This document shows, piece after piece, positions 36,185 through 44,579 of a DNA stretch of 64,000 bases (position 1 is its first letter; each line of letters starts with the position of its first letter). The stretch comes from a virus. Its lineage: Duplodnaviria > Caudoviricetes. Under the pieces are notes generated by a model. That model worked only from the letters and a program-made list of their open reading frames with translations, was not told where the DNA came from and made no database searches. Both the position numbers and the translations under genes were made by a program. The stretch covers positions 1-64,000 of the IMG/VR virus record IMGVR_UViG_3300012942_000041, one strand, 5' to 3'.

Positions 36185-38267
36185 GGGCAATCAGGGCACT
36201 CGCCGCGCGCTCCACCACCCCCCGCTCCCACCCACGCACCTGCACCCCGCCGATCGTCGGCTTCGACGACGTCGCCCCCGGCACCAACCCCGCCAGCAGC
36301 CGCTGCAGCTCACCGCCGTCCGCGACAATCCCCGCCGCCACGACCTCCGCCGTCGGCACGAAATCCGCCCGGCGCTCATCGAACAGGCGCAGCAGCCCGG
36401 CAACCTTCCCGGCCTGCACGGTCCCCAGCGCGTCCAGGCGATCCGCCACCGACACCGCCGCGTCCACCGGCCGGCCCGGGCGGAACCGCGACAGCTCGTG
36501 CAGCAGGTCCGCCTCCGCGAGGGAGTCGTCGTCGAACCACGGCCGGCCCGCCTTGACGCGCTCTTCGACAGCCCGCCGGATCCCGGCATTGGAGTGCTCG
36601 TTCCAACCCCACAACACCGGGCGCGTCATGCCCGCACCCTTGATGAAGGACTGGCCGGCGTCGTTGCGGACCTGTGCGTTCTGCGCCGGCACCAGCCGGT
36701 CGGGGCGGAAGCCCTGATCGATGGCGCCCTTGCCGAACACGATCGGGATGTCCGCGTGACGGGCGGCGAGCATGATGCGCAGCGTGAACGTGTCCGCGAT
36801 CGCGTCGCCCATCGCCTCCGACGTGGCGTCCTGCCCGGCCGCGACTGGGTAGATCCCGGACTGCTTGCCGATCCGCAGCAGGTCGATGAACAGCTGCTTC
36901 GCGGGCTTGGACAGGAAGATGAACTCGTCCACGATCGGGAAGATCGCCGGGTGTTCGCGGGTCGCCACCCACGTGTCGCCCATCTTCAGGCGGTTGCGGA
37001 CCCGGTTACGGCCCTCGGCCATCCGCACCAGGTACTCCAGCCACTCCTCGCACGCCTGGTTGCCGCGGATCGGCGGCGCCGCCATCACGCCCTCGAACTC
37101 CCTCAAGCCGTCCTTGACCGGGTCCAGGTCCAGGGCGATCGCGTTGTGGCAGGCCGTGATGACCTCGGCGAGGTCCCGCAGCACTCCGGTGGACTTCGCC
37201 GACCCGGACGAGCCGATGACGAGGACGCGGGTGCCCTCCAGGACGATTTCCAGGGGCTTGCCGTCCATGGACTGCCCGAAGTGGTGCGCGTCGGAGATGT
37301 CCAGGCTGTTCGGCTGCGCGGGCTGGGGCAGCGGCATGTTCTCGAACGGGTTGTCCGTGACCAGCCGCAGGGTGTGGTGCGCGGCGTTGCTCAGGTCGGC
37401 CTCGGGCATCGTGCCGCCATGCTTGATGGCGAAGTGCGCGTCCAGCTGGTCGCTGGCCGCCATCACCTTGCCAGAGCCGGCGCCTTTGGTGACGACGTCG
37501 ACTTCCCAGCCCCAGGGACGGTGTCCGAGCGTGCGGATCTGTCGGGTGTTGATGCCTTCGGCCGCGTAGGCGCGGGCGACGCATTCCTCGACCTGGCCGC
37601 CGTCGCGGCACCAGGCGAGCGGGAACGGCTCCTGCCCGTCGTCGGTGTCCTCCGGCGCGACGATCTCCTCGGGGGCCACCGACGCGTGCAGCCGGTACCG
37701 GCCGTACAGCGTCAGCACCGCGCCGGCGAGGATCGCCTCCGCGCCCGGGGCTGCGGCCCATGCCTCGGGGGACAGGGCGGGGACGTGGGCCCAGCCGGTG
37801 ATCGCAGCCCACGAGAACAGGTCGGCGGCGGTGAGGCTCCCGAACGTCCATCCGAGCACCCGCCACCGCCGCGCCCTGGTGTCGTGGACCTTCCGCCACG
37901 ACGGGCCGTTCATCCCACCCAGCGCCTCGATGTGATCGTGCGCGCGAACGTACCGGTAGCCCAGGTACGCCGTCGAACGCGTCCCGTGACTGAAATAGCG
38001 GACGATCCGTCCGGCCAGACGCGCGGTCAGGCCGGCCCCGCGCGCGGTCGCCACCGCGGCGACCATTGCCGCCGACCCGGCCCGCGTGACCCGCGCCTCG
38101 CGGTACGGCACGAACTCGATCACGCCCGGAGCGATGTCCTCGCCCGGCTCGTCCGCGTCGACGAACTCGGCGAGCACGACGCCCTCAGAACCGGTGCCGT
38201 CGGGAACGGACTGGCCGTGGTCGTTGACGTTGTCGTCCGCGTTGACGGACGGACGGACGAGTGCCAT
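36177..38267 (-). CDS. traB: TraB, FtsK/SpoIIIE-family conjugative DNA translocase
   Basis: N-terminal TM helices; Walker A GSSGSAKS; LDPVKDG; Walker B IVDEF; AAGQDA; C-terminal wHTH ending ..VRGW. Confidence 0.85.
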   Translation of the reverse strand: MALVRPSVNADDNVNDHGQSVPDGTGSEGVVLAEFVDADEPGEDIAPGVIEFVPYREARVTRAGSAAMVAAVATARGAGLTARLAGRIVRYFSHGTRSTAYLGYRYVRAHDHIEALGGMNGPSWRKVHDTRARRWRVLGWTFGSLTAADLFSWAAITGWAHVPALSPEAWAAAPGAEAILAGAVLTLYGRYRLHASVAPEEIVAPEDTDDGQEPFPLAWCRDGGQVEECVARAYAAEGINTRQIRTLGHRPWGWEVDVVTKGAGSGKVMAASDQLDAHFAIKHGGTMPEADLSNAAHHTLRLVTDNPFENMPLPQPAQPNSLDISDAHHFGQSMDGKPLEIVLEGTRVLVIGSSGSAKSTGVLRDLAEVITACHNAIALDLDPVKDGLREFEGVMAAPPIRGNQACEEWLEYLVRMAEGRNRVRNRLKMGDTWVATREHPAIFPIVDEFIFLSKPAKQLFIDLLRIGKQSGIYPVAAGQDATSEAMGDAIADTFTLRIMLAARHADIPIVFGKGAIDQGFRPDRLVPAQNAQVRNDAGQSFIKGAGMTRPVLWGWNEHSNAGIRRAVEERVKAGRPWFDDDSLAEADLLHELSRFRPGRPVDAAVSVADRLDALGTVQAGKVAGLLRLFDERRADFVPTAEVVAAGIVADGGELQRLLAGLVPGATSSKPTIGGVQVRGWERGVVERAASALIAPS

Positions 38268-38268
38268 C

Positions 38269-39225
38269 TCAGGCTCCCTTCTCGCGGACGGGCGTGAGTG
38301 CGGGCGCGCCGCGTTCAGCGCGGATCTGGTCGAGGATCCGTCCAGCGTCCTTGTTCTGGATCGTGCCGCCACCAGCACGGATGGCGCGGACGAGGTTGTC
38401 GCGGTTGAGGCGTTCTTTCGTCCGTTCCAGTTCGTCTGCGGCAGCGCGGGCGCGGACGAGGAGGTCGTGGTCGTCTGGGCCGGTGAGGCCCGGCACGGGC
38501 GGGGCCATGGTGGGCTTCGTCCGGCCGTCCGCTGGCGGACGGGGCACGGACGGCTGCTTCTTCGTCCGCTTCTTCGCGACCGCCGTCCGGGGGCTCTCGA
38601 TGCCCTTGGCGGCGTTCTCCCGGCCCTCCGCGAGCGCCATGACCTTCTCCACCGCGCGCTTGAACCGGCGGCGCGCAGCGGCAAGGAACTCGGCGCAGAA
38701 GAACTGGATGGTGGGCCCGATGGCGTGGAGGATCGCGCCCCCGGGGTCGTGGACTTCGGCCGGCCCGTAGACACAGAGCGTGATCGCGGCGAGGGCGGTC
38801 ATCGCGCGGAGCGCGGCGCCCCAGAACACGACGGACTCCTCGTACTCGGCGAGGACAGCGCCGATCTGGATCTCCACGATCAGCCCGGCTTCCAGGGCCG
38901 GGTAGAGGAACCAGCCCCAGGGGTCGGGGGTTTCGTGGCGGTGGAGGACGGAGTGCGCGTTTCCCGACCCGAAGATCGTGATGACGGCGGAGATGACGAT
39001 GAACAGGACCGTCCAGTTACGGCTGCGCCTCTGGATCCCGGCGGCGGTCGCCCGGTGCTTCGCGGCGGCTTCCGCGTTCCGCTGCGCCTGGATCTCCTCC
39101 GGGGTGGGCGCGGCAGGCTGAGGTGTCGGGGCCGGCACGGGCTGGGCAGGCGGAAGCGCTGCGGGCGCCTTGGTGAGCGGCGTCCACAGTGCTGCGTCCG
39201 GGATCAGCTTCGGGTTGTCGGTCAC
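38269..39225 (-). CDS. SpdB-like multi-TM spread protein with C-terminal wHTH
   Basis: About four TM helices, Pro/Lys-rich linker, LNRDNLVRAIR..AGRILDQIR; upstream of traB. Confidence 0.65.
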   Translation of the reverse strand: MTDNPKLIPDAALWTPLTKAPAALPPAQPVPAPTPQPAAPTPEEIQAQRNAEAAAKHRATAAGIQRRSRNWTVLFIVISAVITIFGSGNAHSVLHRHETPDPWGWFLYPALEAGLIVEIQIGAVLAEYEESVVFWGAALRAMTALAAITLCVYGPAEVHDPGGAILHAIGPTIQFFCAEFLAAARRRFKRAVEKVMALAEGRENAAKGIESPRTAVAKKRTKKQPSVPRPPADGRTKPTMAPPVPGLTGPDDHDLLVRARAAADELERTKERLNRDNLVRAIRAGGGTIQNKDAGRILDQIRAERGAPALTPVREKGA

Positions 39226-39253
39226 GACGTTGGCTCCGGGGTGTCGGAAGCGG

Positions 39254-39352
39254 TCAGTGGTGCAGCAGGAACACGATGAGGTAGACGATCACTGGCTCGA
39301 CGATGCCGAGCAGGTAGATCAGCTCTGTGCGGTCGCGGCGGCGCATCGGCAT
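39254..39352 (-). CDS. 32-aa single-TM peptide (absent from the ORF track)
   Basis: MPMRRRDRTELIYLLGIVEPVIVYLIVFLLHH; GAGGG RBS. Confidence 0.5.
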   Translation of the reverse strand: MPMRRRDRTELIYLLGIVEPVIVYLIVFLLHH

Positions 39353-39362
39353 GTCCCTCGGG

Positions 39363-39665
39363 TCAGGCGGCGGCATCGGTGGTGGTGTGGGCGTCTCGGA
39401 ACTCGTCCCAGAAGGCCTCTGCGAGACGCAGGCCGGCGACCGCGCCGAGCGGCGGGGTTCCGGCCATCTCCGATGCCTTGAACTCGGCCTTCGCCAGGCC
39501 GGTGGCAGCGAGGTTGACCAGGACGCGGGCGGACCGCGTCAACAGGACGGCGGAGGCGAGGGCGAGCAGCCCGGCCGCGATCAGCGTGCGCACGGCCACG
39601 TGCCGGAGGGTGCGGTACAGCTTCTGCCGCCGGTTCGGCATCGCGGTGATCATGTAGGGGGACAC
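39363..39665 (-). CDS. Membrane-associated hypothetical protein in the tra operon
   Basis: AGGAG RBS; hydrophobic helix. Confidence 0.6.
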   Translation of the reverse strand: MSPYMITAMPNRRQKLYRTLRHVAVRTLIAAGLLALASAVLLTRSARVLVNLAATGLAKAEFKASEMAGTPPLGAVAGLRLAEAFWDEFRDAHTTTDAAA

Positions 39666-39758
39666 GTCGGGCTCCTTCCTGGTCGGGGCGGGGTGGTCTG
39701 GCGGTTCTCCTTCCCGCCCGGGGTGCGGGGTCGGGCGGGTCGGACAGCCGGCAGGCCG

Positions 39759-39932
39759 TCAGCGGCGGGTCCAGGGGACGTTCTTCGCGGCCTTGACCAC
39801 GCGGTCGTTGGCGTCGACGAAGTCGTCGGACTCGTCGCGGTCACGGTCGGCGACGCGGGCGAGCTCGGTCTTGGCGGTCTTGTAGGCGCGGACGGCGTCC
39901 TTGTTGCCGATGATCTTGTCGCGGATGCTCAC
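39759..39932 (-). CDS. 57-aa helical protein (absent from the ORF track)
   Basis: MSIRDKIIGNKDAVRAYKTAKTELARV..NDRVVKAAKNVPWTRR; AAGGA RBS. Confidence 0.65.
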   Translation of the reverse strand: MSIRDKIIGNKDAVRAYKTAKTELARVADRDRDESDDFVDANDRVVKAAKNVPWTRR

Positions 39933-39947
39933 GGGGTTCCTTCCGGG

Positions 39948-40088
39948 TCAGTGGTGGCGGGCGGTGCTGTGTGCGGGTGTCGGGTGGCTGGCGGCGGGGG
40001 TGTTCGCGTGGGCGTAGAGGCCTACAGCGACCAGGGCGAGGAGCGTGAGTACGGCTCGGCCGCACCACTTCCGGATCCCGGCCTTCAC
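39948..40088 (-). CDS. 46-aa signal/TM peptide (absent from the ORF track)
   Basis: MKAGIRKWCGRAVLTLLALVAVGLYAHA..; GTGA-coupled to a 13-codon ORF. Confidence 0.5.
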   Translation of the reverse strand: MKAGIRKWCGRAVLTLLALVAVGLYAHANTPAASHPTPAHSTARHH

Positions 40089-40246
40089 CGCGCACCGCCA
40101 CGGGTGGCGAGTCCGGTGGGACGCATCACGGGTGCCTTCCTGGATCGAGGGTGGTGGCCGGGGCCCGCCCGTGGGGGACGTGTGCGGGCCCCGGCCGTTG
40201 GGTGCCGCGCCGTGACGTGAGGGGGGTCGGCCACGGCGCGGCAGTC

Positions 40247-40573
40247 TTAGGGGTGCCGCAGGAGGTTCCCGACGGCGATCACACGGACGTGCATCGTGGT
40301 GCCGTACCGGCGGGTGAGCGCCGCAGCGAGGTCCAGGTCGATCGAGAGGCCGACCAGCTCACCGGCGAACACGGGGGTGTACGCGTTGAGGTGCACCAGC
40401 CCATCCGCATCCACCTGGGTCGGGACAGGGCCGACGTTGCGGAGCTCTAGACCCGACAAGCCCGACACCTGCTCCACGTCCCGGACCACATCCATCCAGT
40501 CGTGCCGGACACGGGCGAGGGAGGGGACCTCCGCCGGCGCGCCGAACGCCGCGTAGGCGGCGGGCGTGGTCAT
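40247..40573 (-). CDS. Hypothetical protein
   Basis: ATGA overlap; in the operon. Confidence 0.6.
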   Translation of the reverse strand: MTTPAAYAAFGAPAEVPSLARVRHDWMDVVRDVEQVSGLSGLELRNVGPVPTQVDADGLVHLNAYTPVFAGELVGLSIDLDLAAALTRRYGTTMHVRVIAVGNLLRHP

Positions 40574-40809
40574 CGGGCACCGCCGAGGATCTGCTCCAGC
40601 CCGGTCATGTTCACCAGCACCTCCCGGGCGTGCGACCCATCGGAGGGGCCGACGATGCCGAGCTCGTGCATCTGGTCCATGAGGCGCAGTGCCTGCGCGA
40701 ACCGCAGACGCATCTTGCGCTGGATCAGGCCCACGGAACTGAACTGGGCGCCCACAACCAGACGCGCGGCCTCAGCGAGGAGACCATCGGGCGCAGTCTG
40801 GGCGGTCAT
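40570..40809 (-). CDS. Stand-alone FtsK gamma (wHTH) domain protein
   Basis: LLAEAARLVV..SVGLIQRKMRLRFAQALRLMDQMHELGIVGPSDGSHAREVL. Confidence 0.85.
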   Translation of the reverse strand: MTAQTAPDGLLAEAARLVVGAQFSSVGLIQRKMRLRFAQALRLMDQMHELGIVGPSDGSHAREVLVNMTGLEQILGGAR

Positions 40810-41021
40810 GACGCGACCGCCGCGGTGGTGGCCGGCGTGGTCTGCACGGCGGGGAGAGCGTCCTCGGGGATGCGGATGGCGCCTCCGCGGCCCTGCGGGG
40901 TGGTCCCGGCGGGGCGGGGCTTGCCGTAGCGGACGTGTTCGAGGACGCCCTCCGCGACCCACCGGTAGATCGTCGACGGGTGGACGCCGACGAGGGCCGC
41001 GGCTTCCTTTACGCGCAGCAT
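40806..41021 (-). CDS. Excisionase-like HTH_17 DNA-binding protein
   Basis: MLRVKEAAALVGVHPSTIYRWVAEG..IRIP. Confidence 0.85.
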   Translation of the reverse strand: MLRVKEAAALVGVHPSTIYRWVAEGVLEHVRYGKPRPAGTTPQGRGGAIRIPEDALPAVQTTPATTAAVAS

Positions 41022-41240
41022 CGGGACTCCTTTCGCAAGAGCGCGGGTTCTTCGCAACCGTACTCCCAATAGCGATGGGTAGACAAGCACTACTGGTCAA
41101 CGGCACCCTGAACACAGACCAGCACCACGCTCCTGATCAAACAGAGCGCTACAGTGGCCACGCCCAACACTCCGCGAACCGAACGAGGCCCGCCCAATGA
41201 CCAGCCCCGCCACCGGACGCCCGACCCGTACCGAGGCAGG

Positions 41241-42071
41241 GTGACCATGGCCGCCAAACGCAAGACCCCCACCGAAACCGACCCCCGCCCCCTGCACGTC
41301 AAGGTCGCCGCCGATCTGCGCGCCGGCATCATGGCCGGGGAGTACCCGCCCGGCTCGAAGCTGCCGTCGATCAGCACGCTGAAGAAGCGATTCGCGCAGG
41401 AAGAGACCGACCCCGCCACCGGGCAGCCCGTGCTGCGGGAGGCGTCGAGTCAGACCGTCGTCAACGGCATCTCGATCCTCAAGGACGAGCACCTCGCAGT
41501 CGGCCAGGCCGGGCGCGGCGTCATCGTCCGCCCTCACCGGCAGCGCACCATCACCCCCGCCGAAACCCTCGCACCGTCAGCGGAGGGGGAACGGTACAGG
41601 TGGCTGGACGTCCTCGCCCGCGACGGCGGCACCGCCACCTCCACCCTGCTCGACGTGGCGGAGGTGCCGGCGCCGGCGGACGTGCGGACGGTGTTCGGCC
41701 TCGACGACGACGCCGTAGTGGTGGAGCGGACGCTGCTGTTCAGCGTCGATGACGAACCGGTCGAGCTGGTCCGGAACTACTACCCGACCGACATCGCCCG
41801 CGGCACCGCGCTCGCGGAGCGGCGGCGGATCAAGGGCGGCACCCCCACCCTCCTCACCGAGATGGGACTCCCGCCGCGGACCGCCGACGACTTCGTCACC
41901 GCCCGGATCCCCACCACCGACGAGTACCAGGCGCTCCGGCTGCCGACCGAGCTGCCGATCCTGCGGATCCTCCGCGTCGTCACCACCGACGACGACCGGC
42001 CGATCGAGGTCAGCATCACGGCGAAAGCGGGGCATCTCAACGAGATGCACTACCGCATCCCCATCACCTGA
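41241..42071 (+). CDS. GntR/HutC (UTRA) regulator, TraR/KorSA-like
   Basis: GntR wHTH plus UTRA domain (DDEPVELVRNYYP..RPIEV); divergent from the tra operon. Confidence 0.9.
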   Translation: MTMAAKRKTPTETDPRPLHVKVAADLRAGIMAGEYPPGSKLPSISTLKKRFAQEETDPATGQPVLREASSQTVVNGISILKDEHLAVGQAGRGVIVRPHRQRTITPAETLAPSAEGERYRWLDVLARDGGTATSTLLDVAEVPAPADVRTVFGLDDDAVVVERTLLFSVDDEPVELVRNYYPTDIARGTALAERRRIKGGTPTLLTEMGLPPRTADDFVTARIPTTDEYQALRLPTELPILRILRVVTTDDDRPIEVSITAKAGHLNEMHYRIPIT

Positions 42072-42160
42072 GCAGGGAGCCAATCATGATCGTGCGTGTG
42101 GCCGGCGTGTCCCTAGGGTGCCCGTCGGATGGTCCGGCGGAGTCCCCGTAGGAGAACGCC

Positions 42161-42319
42161 TTGCCTCGCACGTCGAACCGCCGCTGGAAGGGCTGCCCGT
42201 TGTGCCGCCCGCACAAGATCGCCGGGTACGGTGACGCGGCCCGCGCACCGTGGGCCGTGAACCGCAAGACCGGTCGTAAGCGCCGCTGGAACCGGCACGA
42301 CTGGCGCGACGCCGAGTAG
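42161..42319 (+). CDS. 52-aa basic CxxC-xPHK peptide (absent from the ORF track)
   Basis: AGGAG RBS and TTG start; MPRTSNRRWKGCPLCRPHKIAGYG..RKRRWNRHDWRDAE. Confidence 0.65.
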   Translation: MPRTSNRRWKGCPLCRPHKIAGYGDAARAPWAVNRKTGRKRRWNRHDWRDAE

Positions 42320-42328
42320 GAACACGCA

Positions 42329-42364
42329 AGCGCCCCGTCTCCCATCTCGGGAAGGCGGGGCGCT
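42329..42364. terminator. Hairpin between convergent genes
   Basis: AGCGCCCCG...CGGGGCGCT. Confidence 0.6.
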
Positions 42365-42377
42365 GTTCGTTCGCGCG

Positions 42378-42746
42378 TCAGGCGCCGGCGAGCTCCAGGG
42401 GGCCGGGCTGGTACTCGACCTTGTGGACCGGCTGGTGGTCGTCGTCGTCCCACCGCGGCGTGAAGCCACCGGCGGCGTGGATGGCCGCGCGGATGATGGG
42501 CTTGGCCAGGGCGACGGCCTTCTCCTCGGTGGCGTCGATGGTGAACTCGATCTCGACTTCGCCGCTCGCGAGGCTCCCGCCGATCGACGGGTCGTGGAAC
42601 TCCGGGTTGCACTTTTCGAGCTTCAGGAGCTCTTCCGTGAGGTCGTCGAGGTGTGCTTCGAGCGCCTCGGCGGCGTCGCCTTCGTCGTCGCTGGTGCCCC
42701 CGAGGACGTTCACGGTGAAGCGCCAGATCATGTCGGTCTGCGTCAT
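42378..42746 (-). CDS. Acidic HicB-like antitoxin without a DNA-binding domain
   Basis: VEIEFTIDATEEKAVALA beta-beta-alpha pattern; ATGA-coupled to the upstream toxin-like gene. Confidence 0.5.
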   Translation of the reverse strand: MTQTDMIWRFTVNVLGGTSDDEGDAAEALEAHLDDLTEELLKLEKCNPEFHDPSIGGSLASGEVEIEFTIDATEEKAVALAKPIIRAAIHAAGGFTPRWDDDDHQPVHKVEYQPGPLELAGA

Positions 42747-42964
42747 CGTTCATCCTTCCAGCAGGTCCGTTCGAACCACTTCTGCGCGTTCAAGACGTAC
42801 CTCGGATTGCTGGGTGAGAGGTGAATGGTCTTGATGTGCTTCCCCTCACACCCGCACTTGCCTTTGTAGTACCCGTTCCCTCGCTCGAAGACCCATCCGC
42901 GGTCCTCAGCTTCGCGCATGAGGGCCTCGATGTCCTTCTTGGGATGTTTGGGTCGGTCCCCCAC
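42743..42964 (-). CDS. HicA-like small basic toxin
   Basis: HPKKDIEALMREAEDRGW..CGC..IHLSPSNP. Confidence 0.6.
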   Translation of the reverse strand: MGDRPKHPKKDIEALMREAEDRGWVFERGNGYYKGKCGCEGKHIKTIHLSPSNPRYVLNAQKWFERTCWKDER

Positions 42965-43125
42965 CCGTTGTCTCCTCAGGCAGGCGCGACCCCTGCGTGG
43001 ACGGTACCGGAATGAAGTCACGGAAAGGTCGCGCTGTGAAACTGGACACTAGGGCAGCCGCAATGGTTGTGCGCGGCGAATACCCCGAAAGAGTTGCGTT
43101 CCGTGTCGTTGAGACTACTCCTAGA

Positions 43126-44256
43126 TCACACGGGCGCTCGGTCATCGACCGGATGGCCGGGGTTCAGGCACCACACCGTCTGCCGGTCGCGGGTGACGGT
43201 CATGCCCCACTCGTAGATCCCTGGTGAGCCGAGCGTGGCCCACCAGTCCCAGGCGCGTTCCAGTTCGTCGGCGAGGCGCCGGGGTCCGCCTTGGTAGGCG
43301 ATGGTGGGGCCGTCGGGTTGGGCGGAGAGGCTGGCCCAGGAGGTGCCGTCGTGGAGCCACGCGGACACCCCGTCCTCGTCGCGGCCGGTGTCGATCTGGA
43401 CGTCGGGGAGCAGGGCGCGGAGCGCGAACTGCAAGCTGATGTCCTCCAGCGCGTCGACCGGTCGGAAGGGGCGTTCGTCGTCGGGGTCGCCGTCGCCTCG
43501 GACAGCGGAGTAGGCGAGGACCCGCAGGGTCGGGAGGCGGTCACGGGTGGGCATGAACTGCGCGAGCCCCCGCACCCGGCCCGAAGCAGATTGACCGTCG
43601 GGGTCGACGGTGAGGGCGAAGTGCCCGAGCCGCTCCCGCGGGAACACCACCACGCCGCCCGGTCGGGTCTGGGCGATCCAGGCCCACGGGACGGGGTCGA
43701 CGGCGAACGTCGCGATCACCCGATCGAACAGGCCGTCGTCGGGTGCGCCGGTCAGGCCGTCGCCGACCCGGACTGCCACGTCGAGGCCGGCCGCGCGGAG
43801 GCGCGCCGTGGCCTCGTCGGCGAGCTGCGGGTCGGTCTCGATGCTCACCACCCGCCCGGGCCCGGCGCGGTGGGCGGTGAGGGCGGCGTGCCAGCCGGTG
43901 CCGGTCCCCAGCTCCAGCACGCGATGCCCGGGGGCCAGGTCGAGGGAGTCGAGCATCTCGGCGACGACGGCGGTGGCGGACAGGCTCGATGACGGGAGGT
44001 CGTCGGCGAGCTGGGTGACGGCCGCCGTGTCCGGGTCGCCGTAGACCAGCTCCGCCCACGCGGCGGGGTTGGTGTCGCGGTGGATGGGCTCGTAGGCGTC
44101 CTGCCCGTTCCACCGCCACAGCACGGGGGGCGCGAAGTCGTGGCGGGGCAGCGCCGCGACCGCCTGCCGGATCCAGGGGGATCGGGCCGGCCAGTCACCG
44201 CGCTGCTCCATCACACGATCCTGCGCGCGCTGTTCCTCGACGAACTGTGCGGTCAC
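43126..44256 (-). CDS. RiPP-associated protein-L-isoaspartate O-methyltransferase (PIMT homologue)
   Basis: PRHDF, SSSLSA, VLELGTGTGW and FDRVIAT motifs; C-terminal GGPRRL..WATLGSP..GMTV extension. Confidence 0.9.
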   Translation of the reverse strand: MTAQFVEEQRAQDRVMEQRGDWPARSPWIRQAVAALPRHDFAPPVLWRWNGQDAYEPIHRDTNPAAWAELVYGDPDTAAVTQLADDLPSSSLSATAVVAEMLDSLDLAPGHRVLELGTGTGWHAALTAHRAGPGRVVSIETDPQLADEATARLRAAGLDVAVRVGDGLTGAPDDGLFDRVIATFAVDPVPWAWIAQTRPGGVVVFPRERLGHFALTVDPDGQSASGRVRGLAQFMPTRDRLPTLRVLAYSAVRGDGDPDDERPFRPVDALEDISLQFALRALLPDVQIDTGRDEDGVSAWLHDGTSWASLSAQPDGPTIAYQGGPRRLADELERAWDWWATLGSPGIYEWGMTVTRDRQTVWCLNPGHPVDDRAPV

Positions 44257-44262
44257 GTTGCC

Positions 44263-44388
44263 CTACTTGCCCTTCGGCTTGGCGTGCTTCGGGTCCGGCT
44301 GCGGGGGCGGCGGGACGCGCCCGTCGCTGTTGCCGGGCGGCGGCTTCCCCTGGGACGGGTCCTTCGGCGGCTTCTCGTGCTTGCCCAT
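44263..44388 (-). CDS. 41-aa K/P/G/D-rich precursor peptide, imiditide-like (absent from the ORF track)
   Basis: MGKHEKPPKDPSQGKPPPGNSDGRVPPPPQPDPKHAKPKGK; GAAGGG RBS; stop 6 nt before the PIMT start. Confidence 0.8.
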   Translation of the reverse strand: MGKHEKPPKDPSQGKPPPGNSDGRVPPPPQPDPKHAKPKGK

Positions 44389-44494
44389 GTAGATGCCCTT
44401 CTCGTGGGTGCGCGTGCCGCGGCCGGACTGCCGGGCACGCTACTCCGCGCAGCGCCCGGACGGCGGAAAGTCACGATCCGCACGACCGAGAGCC

Positions 44495-44523
44495 TTGCTA
44501 CCAATCGAGACTAGCAGTAGTTT
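44495..44523 (+). promoter_or_regulatory. Sigma70-type promoter TTGCTA-N17-TAGTTT
   Basis: Upstream of the 44580 ORF; overlapping TGCTACCA, CTAGCA and TGCTGGCA motifs. Confidence 0.55.
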
Positions 44524-44579
44524 GCTGACTGCTGGCAGACTCCGGCACGACCCCACCGCACGGCAGCCCAGAGGACCCG

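Noticed and set aside
40806-41021. Xis-like gene as marker of the phage integration module
   Set aside because: No integrase nearby; it heads the tra operon and more likely acts there
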